39,928 nt of DNA from Cyanophora paradoxa CCMP329 (lineage: Eukaryota > Plantae > Glaucophyta), in NCBI GenBank assembly GCA_004431415.1, contig QPMI01000369.1:1-39928 (forward strand). The letters are read 5' to 3'. Below the pieces are notes generated by a model that searched no databases, was not told the origin of the DNA, and saw only the letters and a list, made by a program, of their open reading frames with translations. This document shows, piece by piece, positions 12,127 through 22,802 of this stretch (the stretch's first letter is position 1; the number at the start of each line of letters is the position of its first letter). The position numbers and the translations under genes were made by a program.

Positions 12127-13063
12127 ATGCCGCCGGAGCAGGAGGAGCCGGACGATGAGGACCCGGACAACTACGGGGACGAGGACGATGAGAACGAGCG
12201 GCCTGCGAACTCGACGCAGGCGATCTTCTCCTCGCAACTCCTTTATCTTTTGAGTATCCAAGTCGTCTACAGCTATTGTGCGTGAGCCGCCGCGCCCCCG
12301 TTCCTTCAGGCGTGCTCAGGCGTGTTAACCGCGTATCAGACCTCGATAGGAACGTGTGGCTCTTCCTCGTACGCGTGATGCAACTGGTGCGACGACTTCC
12401 GGCACTTCAACTTGCCCCTCTCCCCCTGCCCCGCTCGCTGGCTATCACCGCGCCGCCCTGCAAGTCGCGAACTGCCGTGTCCCCGCGCGCTACCCCGCAG
12501 CCCCCCGAGCCAGCACTCCCTCCTATGCTCTCTCCCGCCCCCTAGCGGGAGCAGCCCCGCCGGCCTCTACAGCTGGCGGCACTCTTGCTCGGCCGCGTCC
12601 CCGCGGCTGCACGGACGGCGCTGACGGGGCGGCGGCTGGGCGCAGCTGACTGTGTACAAGGGGTCGAGCGCGATGGCGCGGCAGTTCGACGCGCGGCTGG
12701 AGAGCCGGCGGGGCATGATCGCCATCGTCTTCTTCACAACCGTGCCCGTCGTGGCGACGCACCTCACCTTCCGCGGCCGCTTCGACCTCGTCCTCGACTT
12801 CTTGAATGGTGCGCCCCGCCCGGCCCCCCGCCGCGCCCCCGCCCCGGGAGCGGGCGGCGGGGTGAACGGCGGGGGCGGGGGCAGGGGAGGTCTCGTCGAC
12901 GGGGGCGGTGCTGGCGCACGACGCGCTGGTGCTCGCCTTGCAGGTCGCCTCCATCGACTCCAAGTTCGGCGCCCTCCTCGCCGCACCCGCCACCTCCACC
13001 ACCGCCGCCCCCGCCGCCCTCTCCCTGCCCCGCAACCCCCTCGCCGGCTCCATCTTCTACTAG
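12127..13063 (+). CDS. DUF1746 / Dsc4 (Vld1/Gld1)-like small multipass membrane protein
   Basis: Spliced (introns 12278-12339, 12387-12645, ~12809-12883): acidic N-term, ..VYSYYLDRNVWLFLVRVMQLLTVYK..IAIVFFTTVPVVATHL..LVLDFLNGEVSSTGAVLAHDALVLALQVASI. This matches my recollection of the DUF1746 pattern YYxD..FLxR..Q / HL / IDFIG..LLxDLLILxLQ. Confidence 0.6.
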
Positions 13064-13197
13064 CGCCCCCGCCCCGCCCCGCCCTCCGCAGCGCAGCGCA
13101 GCCTAGAGCAGGTTACGGTATATTGCAGAGGATACTATGATATGTTAAACGTTAACCCCGATCAGGTGTACTGCCCGCTGGGGGAGCTGGGGCAGCG

Positions 13198-14601
13198 CTA
13201 CGGGAGCACGGCGGGCGGGGCGGGGAGGGCGGTGGCGCGGGTCTGGGTGAGGGAGGGGCGGAGGGCGACGACGGCGCCGATGACGGCGATGGCGGGGGCG
13301 CCGAAGCCGGCCTCCTGCACCCGCGCCACCACGCTCCCCAGGTCCGCCACCAGCTCCTCCTGGCGCGCCCACGTGCCCCACCGGATCACCGCCACCGGCG
13401 TCTCCGCCGCGAGGCCGCCGCCGCCCGCCAGCTGCGCCACGATCTCCGCTAGGTTGTGCATCCCCATGTAAATCACCTGCGGCCCCGTCGGCGAGGCCGG
13501 CGGCGGGGCGGGGCGGGGCGAGCGGGGCGGGGCGGACGATGGTCTCGGAGCCGCGGGCGATGGCGGCCCAGTCGACGGCGCGGCGCCGCTTGTCGACCAC
13601 CTCGTGCCCCGTCACGAACGTCACCGACGAGGCCGCCTGCGCCACGCCACGCCCCGTCAGCCGGGCGGGCGGGGCGGGCCGCCGGCGGGGAGGGGGGGCG
13701 GGCCTCGCGGTGGGTAACGGGGATGCCGGCGTAGGCGGGGGCGGCGATGCCGGCGGTCACCCCGGGGACGACCTCGCACGGCACGCCGGCCTCCACCAGC
13801 ACCGCCATCTCCTCCGCGCCCCGCCCGAACACGAACGGGTCGCCCCCCTTGAGCCGCACCACCCGCCGGTGCTGCCGCGCCTTCTCCACCAGCAGCCAGT
13901 TCAGGTCCTGCTGCGGCACCGTGTGGTGGTCCCGCTGCTTCCCCACGTGCACCACCTGCTTCCTCCGTGAGCGGGGCGCGCGGGGCGGCGTGCGGGGCGG
14001 GCTGCGGCGGGGGCACCTCGGCGTCGGGGTTGGCCATGGCGAGGATGTCGGGGCTCACGAGGTGGTCAGTGAGCACGCAGTCCGCCGCCTCCAGCAGCGC
14101 CTTCCCCTTCAGCGTCATCAGGCCGGCGTCCCCGGGGCCCGCCCCCACGAGGTAGACCGTCCCGAACTCCCCGCCCTCCTCACGCTCCCCCGCGGGCGGC
14201 GCCGGCGGCGCCGGCTTGCCCTCCCCCGCGCTGTGGCTGCCGACGAACGCCGCCGAGGCCGGCGACGGCAGCTCCCGCGAGCTGTGACGCGCGGACCACG
14301 ACGGCCCTTCCAAGCCGACGAACGCCCGACGCGCGCTGATGGCGCGGCCCGATCGCCAGGAGCGAGTCGCCGGGGGGAGAATGTCTGCGCGGGGCACCTC
14401 CGGCCCCGGGACGTTCGCAGCGGCGCTCTGCGTCCGCGCGTTCGGCGCTCGTGAGCGGGGATGAAAGGTCGTCGCGGGGAGGGAGCGAACCACGGGCTTG
14501 AAATGACGACAGAAGCGCTCGGAAGACGGAGACGCGAGGGCCGGGACGCCGAGGGCGGCGGACGGGCTCGCGAGGACCGCGGCCGAGAAGAGCACCGCCA
14601 T
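13198..14601 (-). CDS. UPM1: uroporphyrinogen-III C-methyltransferase (SUMT; UPM1/CobA), plastid-targeted
   Basis: Motifs [85 protein letters not shown]. Transit peptide [14 protein letters not shown]; stop 13198-13200. Confidence 0.95.
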
Positions 14602-14902
14602 TGTTTCGCGTGCTCTAGCGACCGCGCTGTTGTTGTGATGCACCCCCGATCGTGTGGAGTGCTAGCTACAGCGGCGAGTGCAAGGGACGCGACGCCCTCT
14701 GTTTCGCGAGAAGCCGACGGAAAGCAAGGAACGCTTCTCCCCCCCTCCAACCGGTGGCGGTGGTTCGAACCCTCACAGGAAGGTTTCTTCTGGGACAAGC
14801 GGATTTTCGCCTGTCGACGTCTGCGAGCGATTTCGAAGGAACAGGCGGAGGATTGCCTGTCTCTTTGATCGCAGGCGGCAAGCCCCTGTCGCTCTGGCGA
14901 GA

Positions 14903-17140
14903 ATGCTGGCCTTCCTGTGCTCCCTGCTCTGCACGCTGGTGCAGCCATTGCAACGCGGTCCTTGTGCGCCAGGAGGCGCGGCCGCGTGCCCGCAGCGCCG
15001 CGCGCACCAGGCCGCGGCGCCGGCGACCAGGTGGGCATCGCACGCGGCTCCGCGACCCACTCGCTCACACGCCGCGCAGCTTCGTGGTCAGCGGGAGCGC
15101 GAGGTTCGAGATCCAACCGGAGCGGAGGAAGCGCGGGCGCCCGAAGAGCACGCCGCCCCTTGCGGACGCGGAGGGTTCCGGCGCGCTAGCTCCGCGGGCC
15201 TCGCCGCGGCGGCGCGGAGGCCGCGAAGCGAAGGAAAGCGGTGAGCGGGCTGCGCGCTGCACGGACGGCGGGGGGGCCGACGGGGGCGCGTCAGAGGAGG
15301 AGCCGTCGCTGTGCGCGGTGCTGGAGGAGCGGCTGGGGATGGGCGTGGAGGAGCGCGGGGCGCTGCTGGAGCAGTGGCCGGACCTCGCCGCCGCCTCCGT
15401 CCCCGAGCAGATCGCCCCCGCCCTCGCCGCCCTCCTCAAGGTCCCCGCCCCGGCCCCCGCCCCCCGCCCCCCGCCGGCCGGCCGCTGACGGGGGGCGGGC
15501 GGCAGCTGTGCGGGGAGTCGAAGGAGGCGGCGCGCGCGGCAGTGGCGGCGCTCCCTCGGTTGCTGCTCCACAGCGCCCCCGACCTCCTCGCCCGCGCCGC
15601 CCTCTTCGACGCGTCCGCCCCGCCCGCCCCCCACCCCCGCCACCGCCGTTCCGCCGCCGGCGCGCCCACGAGGGCGGGGCGGCAGGCACGGGGTAGCGCC
15701 GGAAGAGTTCCTGCGGCTGGCGGCGCGGCAGCCGCGCGTGCTCAAGACCTCCCGCTCCATCCTCGCCTCGTGCCGCCCCCGCCCGCCCGCCCCGCCCGCC
15801 GCGCCGCGGGCGCCGAGGCGGGGCAGGCGGCTGCGGGTGTTCCACGAGGCGGGGTTCCGGGAGGGGAGCTGTGCGCGATCCTTGCGAGCGTGCCGGCGCG
15901 GCTGCGGTGCACGGAGGGGAGCTGCGGGGCAAGCTCGCCGCCCTCGCCGCCGCCGGGCCTTCCAGCCCCACGAGGCCCGCCCCCGCCCCGCCCGCCCCCA
16001 CCCCGGCGCCGGGGCGCTGAGGGCGGCGGCAGCTGCGGAGCCTGCTGCTGCGTGCCCGCGCGTGCTCTCCCGCAACGCCCGCCGCGACGTCGTCCGCCCC
16101 GCCCGCCCCCCGCCCCGCCCCGCCCCCGCCCGCGCCGGGCCGAGGCGGGGGCGCAGGGGCGGGCGGTGGAGGGTGTGCGGGAGGTGGTGGAGGGGGCGGG
16201 GCGGCGCGGGAGGCGGTGCTGCGGGACCCGGCGCTGCTGACGGCGCGGGGCGGGGCGGACGCCCTCCGCGCCCGCCTCGCCCTCCTCGAGGCCCAGGGCA
16301 TCGCCCCCGACGACGCCCGCACCATCCTCCGGCCCGCCCCCGCCCCGCCCCGCCCCGCTCCGCCCGGCCGGGGCGCTTACTCGCTGCGGCAGGCGGGAGC
16401 CGGCGATCCTGCGCCTCTCGAAGGAGAACCTCTCCCGCAAGATCGACTTCCTCCACGGTGCCCGCCCCCGGCCCCGCCCCCGTCCCGTCCCACCCCCTCC
16501 CGTGCCCTTAAAGTGCGCGCAGGGCTGGGGCTGGACGACGAGGGCCTCGCGCGGCTGCTGCGGGCGGCCCCCCGCGTCCTCGTCGCCTCCCTCGACGCCC
16601 TCGAGGCCCGCCGCCGCTTCCTCCGCGCCCGCGACGCCGGCGGCCTCGGCCTCTCCCGCCCCGCCCTCCTCGCCCTCCTGCGGGGCGCCCCGACGGTGCT
16701 CCTCGCCGACGTGGAGACGAACCTGCGGCCGAAGGCGGCGTTCCTGCGGGAGATGGGGGCCTCGCGGGCGGACCTCCTGCGCTTCCCCGCCTACTTCACC
16801 CGCTCCCTCCGCGCCCGCATCCTGCCCCGCGTCCTCTACCTCCGCGTCCGCCCCCCGCCCCGCCCCGCCCCGCCCCGCCCCGCCGGCTAACGAGGGGCGG
16901 GCAGCACCGGGGCCGGCGGCTGCCGGGGCTCTCGCGCCTGTTCGGCACGACGGACGCCGTCTTCGCGCGCACCGTCGCGGGGGCGAGCGAGGAGGACTTC
17001 GCCGCCTTCGCCGCCGCCCTCGCCGCCCAGCTCGCCGCGGGCGAGGCCCGCACGCCCCCGCCCGCCCCCCCGCCCCACAGCCCGCCGAGGCCGCGAAGGC
17101 CCCAGACGCCGCGGAGGCCGCGGAGGATGCAGCCCTCTGA
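14903..17140 (+). CDS. mTERF family organellar transcription-termination-factor-like protein
   Basis: Repeated P-x-[VI]-L helical units, e.g. APTVLLADVETNLRPKAAFLREMG, FPAYFTRSLRARILPRVLYL, EPAILRLSKENLSRKIDFL. N-terminus MLAF (start uncertain); stop TGA 17138-17140. Confidence 0.8.
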
Positions 17141-17943
17141 ACGCCTCCCTGGGCCTAGGCCTGCCTCTCTGCAAGATCTAGGAAGAGTGTTGTGTCTTCA
17201 GCAGAGCCCGGACGCGATTCGGTGGCCGCCCGGCGACGCCCGCGAATCGGTGCCACTGGGGCCAGGCCTAGGACGGCCCAGCCTGGCAGCCTGCCTGGCC
17301 AGTGCCACCGTCCTACCCGGGGGGCGTCCCGGGGGCTTTCCAGCAAATCCGTCAGCGTTTAATTCGAGAATCATTGCAATGGACCGTACCTCAATATTTC
17401 ATGTTGCGATCGAAGGCCCTGATCATGAGGCGCGGCTGAGACTCTCGAGTCTCAGATCCATGACTCATGATTCGATGATCAGTGACTCTGGGACATGCGC
17501 ATGCCGTGCCACGATGATGAAGCCCACACTGGCACATGCACGGTCCTGTTAACTCCGTCGCACAATCATTGAATTTGCAAGGGTACTACCGTAGTACGGT
17601 AGTGCCAATGCATCAAGGACAACGCCGTGACGGCACGCGTCACGCGTTCCGAACAGCCTGAGTTCCGAAGTTCCACAGTTGCAATTGCCTGACAGTGAAC
17701 AGCCGACAGGACAATCGGTGACTCAGAGAATCAGCTAACTTCTGAGTAGTAATTCAACCAGTGACCCTGTTGCCTGTTGCCAGGCCCAGGTACTCGACGT
17801 ACTACGGTACTACAGTCGCCAATCTATGTGTTAATGCACAATATGGATCATGCGGATGCTGCTGCTGCTGGCCATGGCCTTTTTGAAGGTACAGAATCTG
17901 GAGCAGTGTCGGGATGACCATGATTGGGGGGCTCGGCTCACGA

Positions 17944-20900
17944 TCAGTCCTCCTCGTAGAGGGCCTCGTCGATCGCTGCCCCCGCCCCCGCGCGTCACCG
18001 GCGCCGGGGGCCCCGGGGGCGGAGGGGGCCCCGGGGCGGGGCGCACGGGCGTGCTGGAGGGACCAGGCGAGGGGCCGCCCCGCGGCCCAGTCGGCGAAGT
18101 CGAGGAGGGCGGCGTCCCAGGCCGGCACCCGCACCACCGCCCCGCCCCGTCCAGCCCCGCTCCGCCTCCCACGCCCCTGCAGCGCCCCTCAGCGCCCCAC
18201 CAGAGGCCGGCGGGCCGGGCGGGGCGGGGCGGGCGGGGCGGCCGGGGCAGCGCTCGAGGCGGGAGACGGCCTCCTCCACGAGCTCCGCCCCTGCCCCGCC
18301 CCCGCCGTGAGAGGGCGCGGGGCGGGGGGGAGGGCGGGCGCACGTCGGGGGAGTCGACGGCGACGGAGACGCTGTAGCCGGCCCCGAAGCACGCCCGCAG
18401 CCCCGGGCCGTCCCCCGCCCACCTGCAGCCCGTCGCATCGGCGGGAGCGCAGGCGGGGGCGGGCGGGGCGGGGGCGGGCCGGAGGCGGCCGCGGGCGAGG
18501 AGGAGGAGGCGGTCGGCGGCGGCCTCGGCGTCGGAGAGCTCGTGGGTGGAGAAGACGAGGGCGCGGCCCGCGCGAGGCCCCGCAGCAGGCCCACCAGGCC
18601 CCGCCGCGCCACCGGGTCCAGCCCCGCCGTCGGCTGCCCCCCCGAGGCCTCACCGCCGCCAAGGCCAGAAGGGGGCGGGGCGGGGCGGGGCGGACCTCGT
18701 CGAGGAGGAGGAGGGCGGGGTCCCCCACGCAGCCGACCGCCACGCTCAGCCGCCGCCGCATGCCCCCGCTGCCCCCCGCTCAGCGCCGCCGGCGAGGACG
18801 GGGGGGCAGGGCGGGACCTGAAGGCCCCGACGGGCGTGTCGGCGGCGTAGAGCAGCCCCAGCGAGGCGAGCAGGGGCCCGACGGGGTCCTCGCGGGGGCC
18901 GAGGGGCACGCCGCGGAGCCTGCAGAAGATCGCGAGTGTCTCCGCCGCCGTCAGCTCCGGCCAGAAGACGTCGTGCTGCGCCCCGCCCCCGTCGGCGCCC
19001 GCCGCGGAGGGCGGCGCGGCGGGGGTCCCGAACCTGGGGGCAGAAGCCGACGAGGGGGCGGGCGGCGGGGGAGGCGAGGGGGAGGCGACGGCCGTCGAGG
19101 GCGAGGAAGGCCTCGCCGCCCGAGGGGCGCCGGAGGCCCGCCAGCACCCGAGCCTGCCGCGCGTGCCCGTCGCGCCCCGACCCAGCGGCCCCGCCGGCGC
19201 CGCAGAGGGCGCACAGGGTCGACTTGCCGGCGCCGTTCTGCGGCAGGCGGGGGGGCATGAGGGCAGGGCGGGGGGCCGGGGAGGGGCGGCGGGGGGGACC
19301 TGGCCGAGGAGGGCGAGGATCTCGCCCCGCGCGGCGCTCATCGAGAAGTCCCGCAGCGCCTCCACCGCCGTGTCCTGCGCGATCCCGCGGCCCCCGCGGC
19401 TCGCCTGGCAGGGGCGCGGCACGAGGGCCGCGGATGCGGAGAGGTGCTCGCCTGGGGCCGCGGCGGGCGGCGGAGCCAGCGGCGGAGGGCGGCGAGGAGG
19501 CGCGAGCGGGGCGGGAAGGTGACGCTCAGGTGCCGCGCCTGCAGCACGCCTGCATCCTGCGGCGCAAGCAATCGGCTTTGAGGAAGGACGCGTTGAAATG
19601 CAGCTCACGCTGCCGTTCTCCGTGGCGGCGGGGGTGGCGGGGAAGGGGGCGGCGGGGGCGAGCTCCCCCGCCAGCTTCGCCTCCGCGGCGCCCAGGCCCG
19701 CCGCCTGCCCCACGAGCCGAAGCAGGCCCGCCGCCCTCCTCGCCCCCTCCGCCGCAGACCGCGCCCACTCGCGCAGCGGCCACTCCCCTGCGGCCGGCGC
19801 GAGGCGAGGGCGGGCGTCGGCGGCGAGGGCACGGGTGCGAGGCTGGGAGGGTACCCACCGTCGAGGGCGAGGGCGATTAGGAGGTAGGCGGCGGCGAGGG
19901 CGGGGAGGGCGATCAGTGAGGCGGCATCGGAGGGGACGTCGTAGCTGCCGGGCTCGAGGGGCGAGAAGGGGAAGAGGTCGCCCCGCTGCCGCCACACAAG
20001 CTGCCCCCACCCGTACCCTGGCCCCGCCCCCGCGCCCCCGCCCTCAACAACCAAGGGTGCGGGGCGGGCGGGGTCGCCGGGCGGGGCGGGACCGGGGCCG
20101 GGGAGCCAGCGCCAGTCGCGGGGCTCGAAGTGGCGGCCGGCGTGGAGGGCGATGCTGCCGAGGACCTTCGCGAAGTGGAAGGGCGCGTAGAGGTAGCAGA
20201 AGCCCTGGCCCCGCCCCGCGTGAGGCCGGGCGGGTGGGGGGCGGGGCGGGGCGGGGCGGGCCCGCATGAGGGCGAAGGCGAAGGGGGCGTCCTCCAGGAA
20301 GAGAAAGCGCACCACCTGCGGGGCCCGGCGCCCCGCGCGCTCGCCCCGGGTCGAGAGGGGGGTGCGAGGGGTCCCGTGCGAGGGGGCGGCGCTCACGTCG
20401 GGGCTCGCGAAGAGCGCCTGCAGGACTAGGCCGCCGATGACGGCGGCGTACGCGGCCGACTCTGGCGCGCCCCGCGTCGGGCGCGGGGGCGGGGGGCGAG
20501 GGGCGGTGCGGGCGCGCACGGGCTTGGGAGGTGCGGGAGGCGAGGGCGGAGATGACGAGGGCGAGGGAGGTCATGGCGACGCCGAAGGCGAGGAAGAGGG
20601 CGGCGTGGAGGAGGGCGGGGGCGTTGGTGAAGAGGTCGAAGGCGAGGGCGTGCCCCGCCGCGAGGATCGCGAGCGTCGCCGCCGCCGAGTGCGCCACGCC
20701 CGTCACGAACCACGCGAGCGTGATCGCCCACGCCTGCCCGCCCCGTCACGAGCGCCCGGAGCCCAGCCTCGGGCCGGCCGCTCGCGGGGGGAGGGGCCGC
20801 ACGGGGACGCCGGCGGCGCGGATGGCGGTGCGCAGCTCGACCTCCTTCTCGTGGACGACCTCGAAGAGCACGCCGCTGATGAACACCGCGCACATCTCCC

Positions 20901-21883
20901 GAGGGCGGCCGGCGTGAGGGGAGGGCTTTGCGGCCCCGCGTCAGACCGGGCTCACCGGGAGAAAGAGCCAGAGCGGCGCCTGTGTCGAAATCACTGCAGG
21001 GGCGCGGAGTCGGAATTTACGAAGGACGGCAGAACGAGTGCACGAGACTCTGATATGTAGAGAATCAAGCGCGCAGGCACCGTCGATGTCGGCGACGTCC
21101 CTGTTGGGGACGTGGGGGAAGGGCTTCAGGTCGAAGGCGACGGAGAGGGCGGGGCGGCCCTCGTCGCGGGCCCGCTCCCGCAGGATCGCGTTGTCCAGCG
21201 CCTGCTTGAAGGCGTAGGGCGAGGGGTCCACCCTGGCGACCCCGCTGCTGTTGTAGAAGAGCGTGTACGAGACGTCCGAGGGGATCGCGGCGGTCGCCGG
21301 CGAGCGGAGGCCCTGCACGTCGAACGCCACGCCCGCGAGTATCGTCGGGCTCTCCTCCATCACGTAGTCTGCCACCGCGCGCCGCCCCGCGCGCGTGAGT
21401 TGGAGCAGGGGCGGCGGAACTTCTTCTATGGCTACTAGGCCGGATCCGCTCACCCAGCATCGTGTCGGACGACGCGAACGCGATCAAATCAGCGTCCGGA
21501 TCCAAACCGGCCTCGGCAGCGATGCTGAGCACGATCCTGCGCGCCCAGGGCACGGGCGGGGCCCACCCGAGGATTTTGCACAGCGCATCCCCGCACTGCG
21601 GCACCGACAGATCAGCAAACTTCCACCGACAAGGCCTGCGCATGGCGCCCACCTGCAGCAGGGAGCGGCCGAAGGCCGGGATCGGAATCCTTGGCGGGTG
21701 TACGTGCAGCTCGTCGTCCGCGAGCTTGATGCGGCTGTCGGCGAGCCGCTGCAGCCCGAGGAGGCCCGCGCAAACGACCAGAGCGAGGAGGGGCGGGGCG
21801 AGGGTCGAGAGGACGCGGAGGCGAGCGAGCCGAGCATTCTTCGAGAGCAGGACGAAAAGCTGGTACCAGCACCGCCCACCCAT
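17944..21883 (-). CDS. ABCA-subfamily half-size ABC transporter, multi-exon (start may lie further upstream)
   Basis: N-term QLFVLLSKNARL + TM + luminal loop, VVHEKEVELR, TM bundle, then the NBD: Walker A GQNGAGKST, GFCPQHDVFWPELT, signature SGGMRRRLSVA, Walker B LLLLDEPTAGLDP, H-loop STHE. Needs several 1-nt homopolymer corrections. Confidence 0.85.
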
Positions 21884-22336
21884 CCGCGCCGCGATCGCTC
21901 CGCCGCGGCTGAAGCGCTTTGGACCCTGCGCATGCGAGGGCGTCGACGTATGCAGGGCGCTACACGCGACGCATCGCGCACGCGCGCGCTTGGACGGGGG
22001 GTGGATGAAGCTGCGCGTCCGAGCTGCCGTGTGCGCGCTCGAGCGCTAAGAGCTGCTTCTGCGAACGAGCCCTGCAGCCAGGAGAGCAGCCAACCCCCAC
22101 GACCTCCCGCCGCGGGCGCGTACAGTCTGCAGCAGGGAGAGGCGGAAGACGTTGATCGGGCGCAAAACGACGGATTGCGCACTGTCGTCGTGCAACTGTG
22201 CGCGAGCAGATTCGCGTTGACGTTGCCGTCCCGCGTGCGGTGCGCAAGCCTGCGCGCTCTCTTCTGCTGCAGCTCAGGGGTTGCAGCTGCCGCTGACGGG
22301 CCGGTCGCGCGCGGCGGTCACGGGTGTTGATGCGCG

Positions 22337-22388
22337 GCTTGAGCTTGAGCTTGGAGCTCGAGATCGACTTGAGCTTGAGCTTGAGCTC
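22337..22388. repeat. degenerate (GCTTGA)n hexamer tandem repeat upstream of the ABCA gene
   Basis: gcttgagcttgagcttggagctcgagatcgacttgagcttgagcttgagctc. Confidence 0.7.
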
Positions 22389-22802
22389 GCGAGCACGGCC
22401 AGGTGCTTAACTCCCCTACTAGGCTAAATTAAATCACTATAGCTAATATAAGTTCACGGCCGGCGAGCGTATTCAGCAGGGTGTCTGCACAGCGTGTAAA
22501 ACGCGTGCCACGGTGTAAAACGCAGATCGATGGCATTCAGCACGGCGTTCGCACCTCGGTGAGCACCGAATTCGAAGTCCTTAAGCTTCGAATTCTGCTT
22601 GCCACCCATGCGAGCTAGATCTCGCGTACGGGCGTGCGTAAGATCGCACGTTAAAATCTGCAAGCACGATCTGGGCAACTGGGCTCTGCCTACGGCTGTC
22701 ACTGGCCGACACTGGCTCAGCGCTGGGTACGCATTAAATTTCGTTTCATCCTTGACGCGATGCAGCACCACGCCGCGCGTGCGGGCACATGTAGCTATTT
22801 AG

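Noticed and set aside
12387-12645. Long intron with two possible hairpins as a snoRNA host
   Set aside because: No C/D or H/ACA boxes in the right positions, and hairpins are expected at this GC level.
22494-22524. GTGTAAAACGC direct repeat containing the green-algal TGTAA poly(A) signal
   Set aside because: It is on the opposite strand to both flanking genes and has only two copies.
22454-22608. Minus-strand ORF containing MGGKQNSKL, like a myristoylated neuronal calcium sensor N-terminus
   Set aside because: No EF-hands follow, the ORF is short, codon bias is absent, and it lies in the CEP104-like 3' region.
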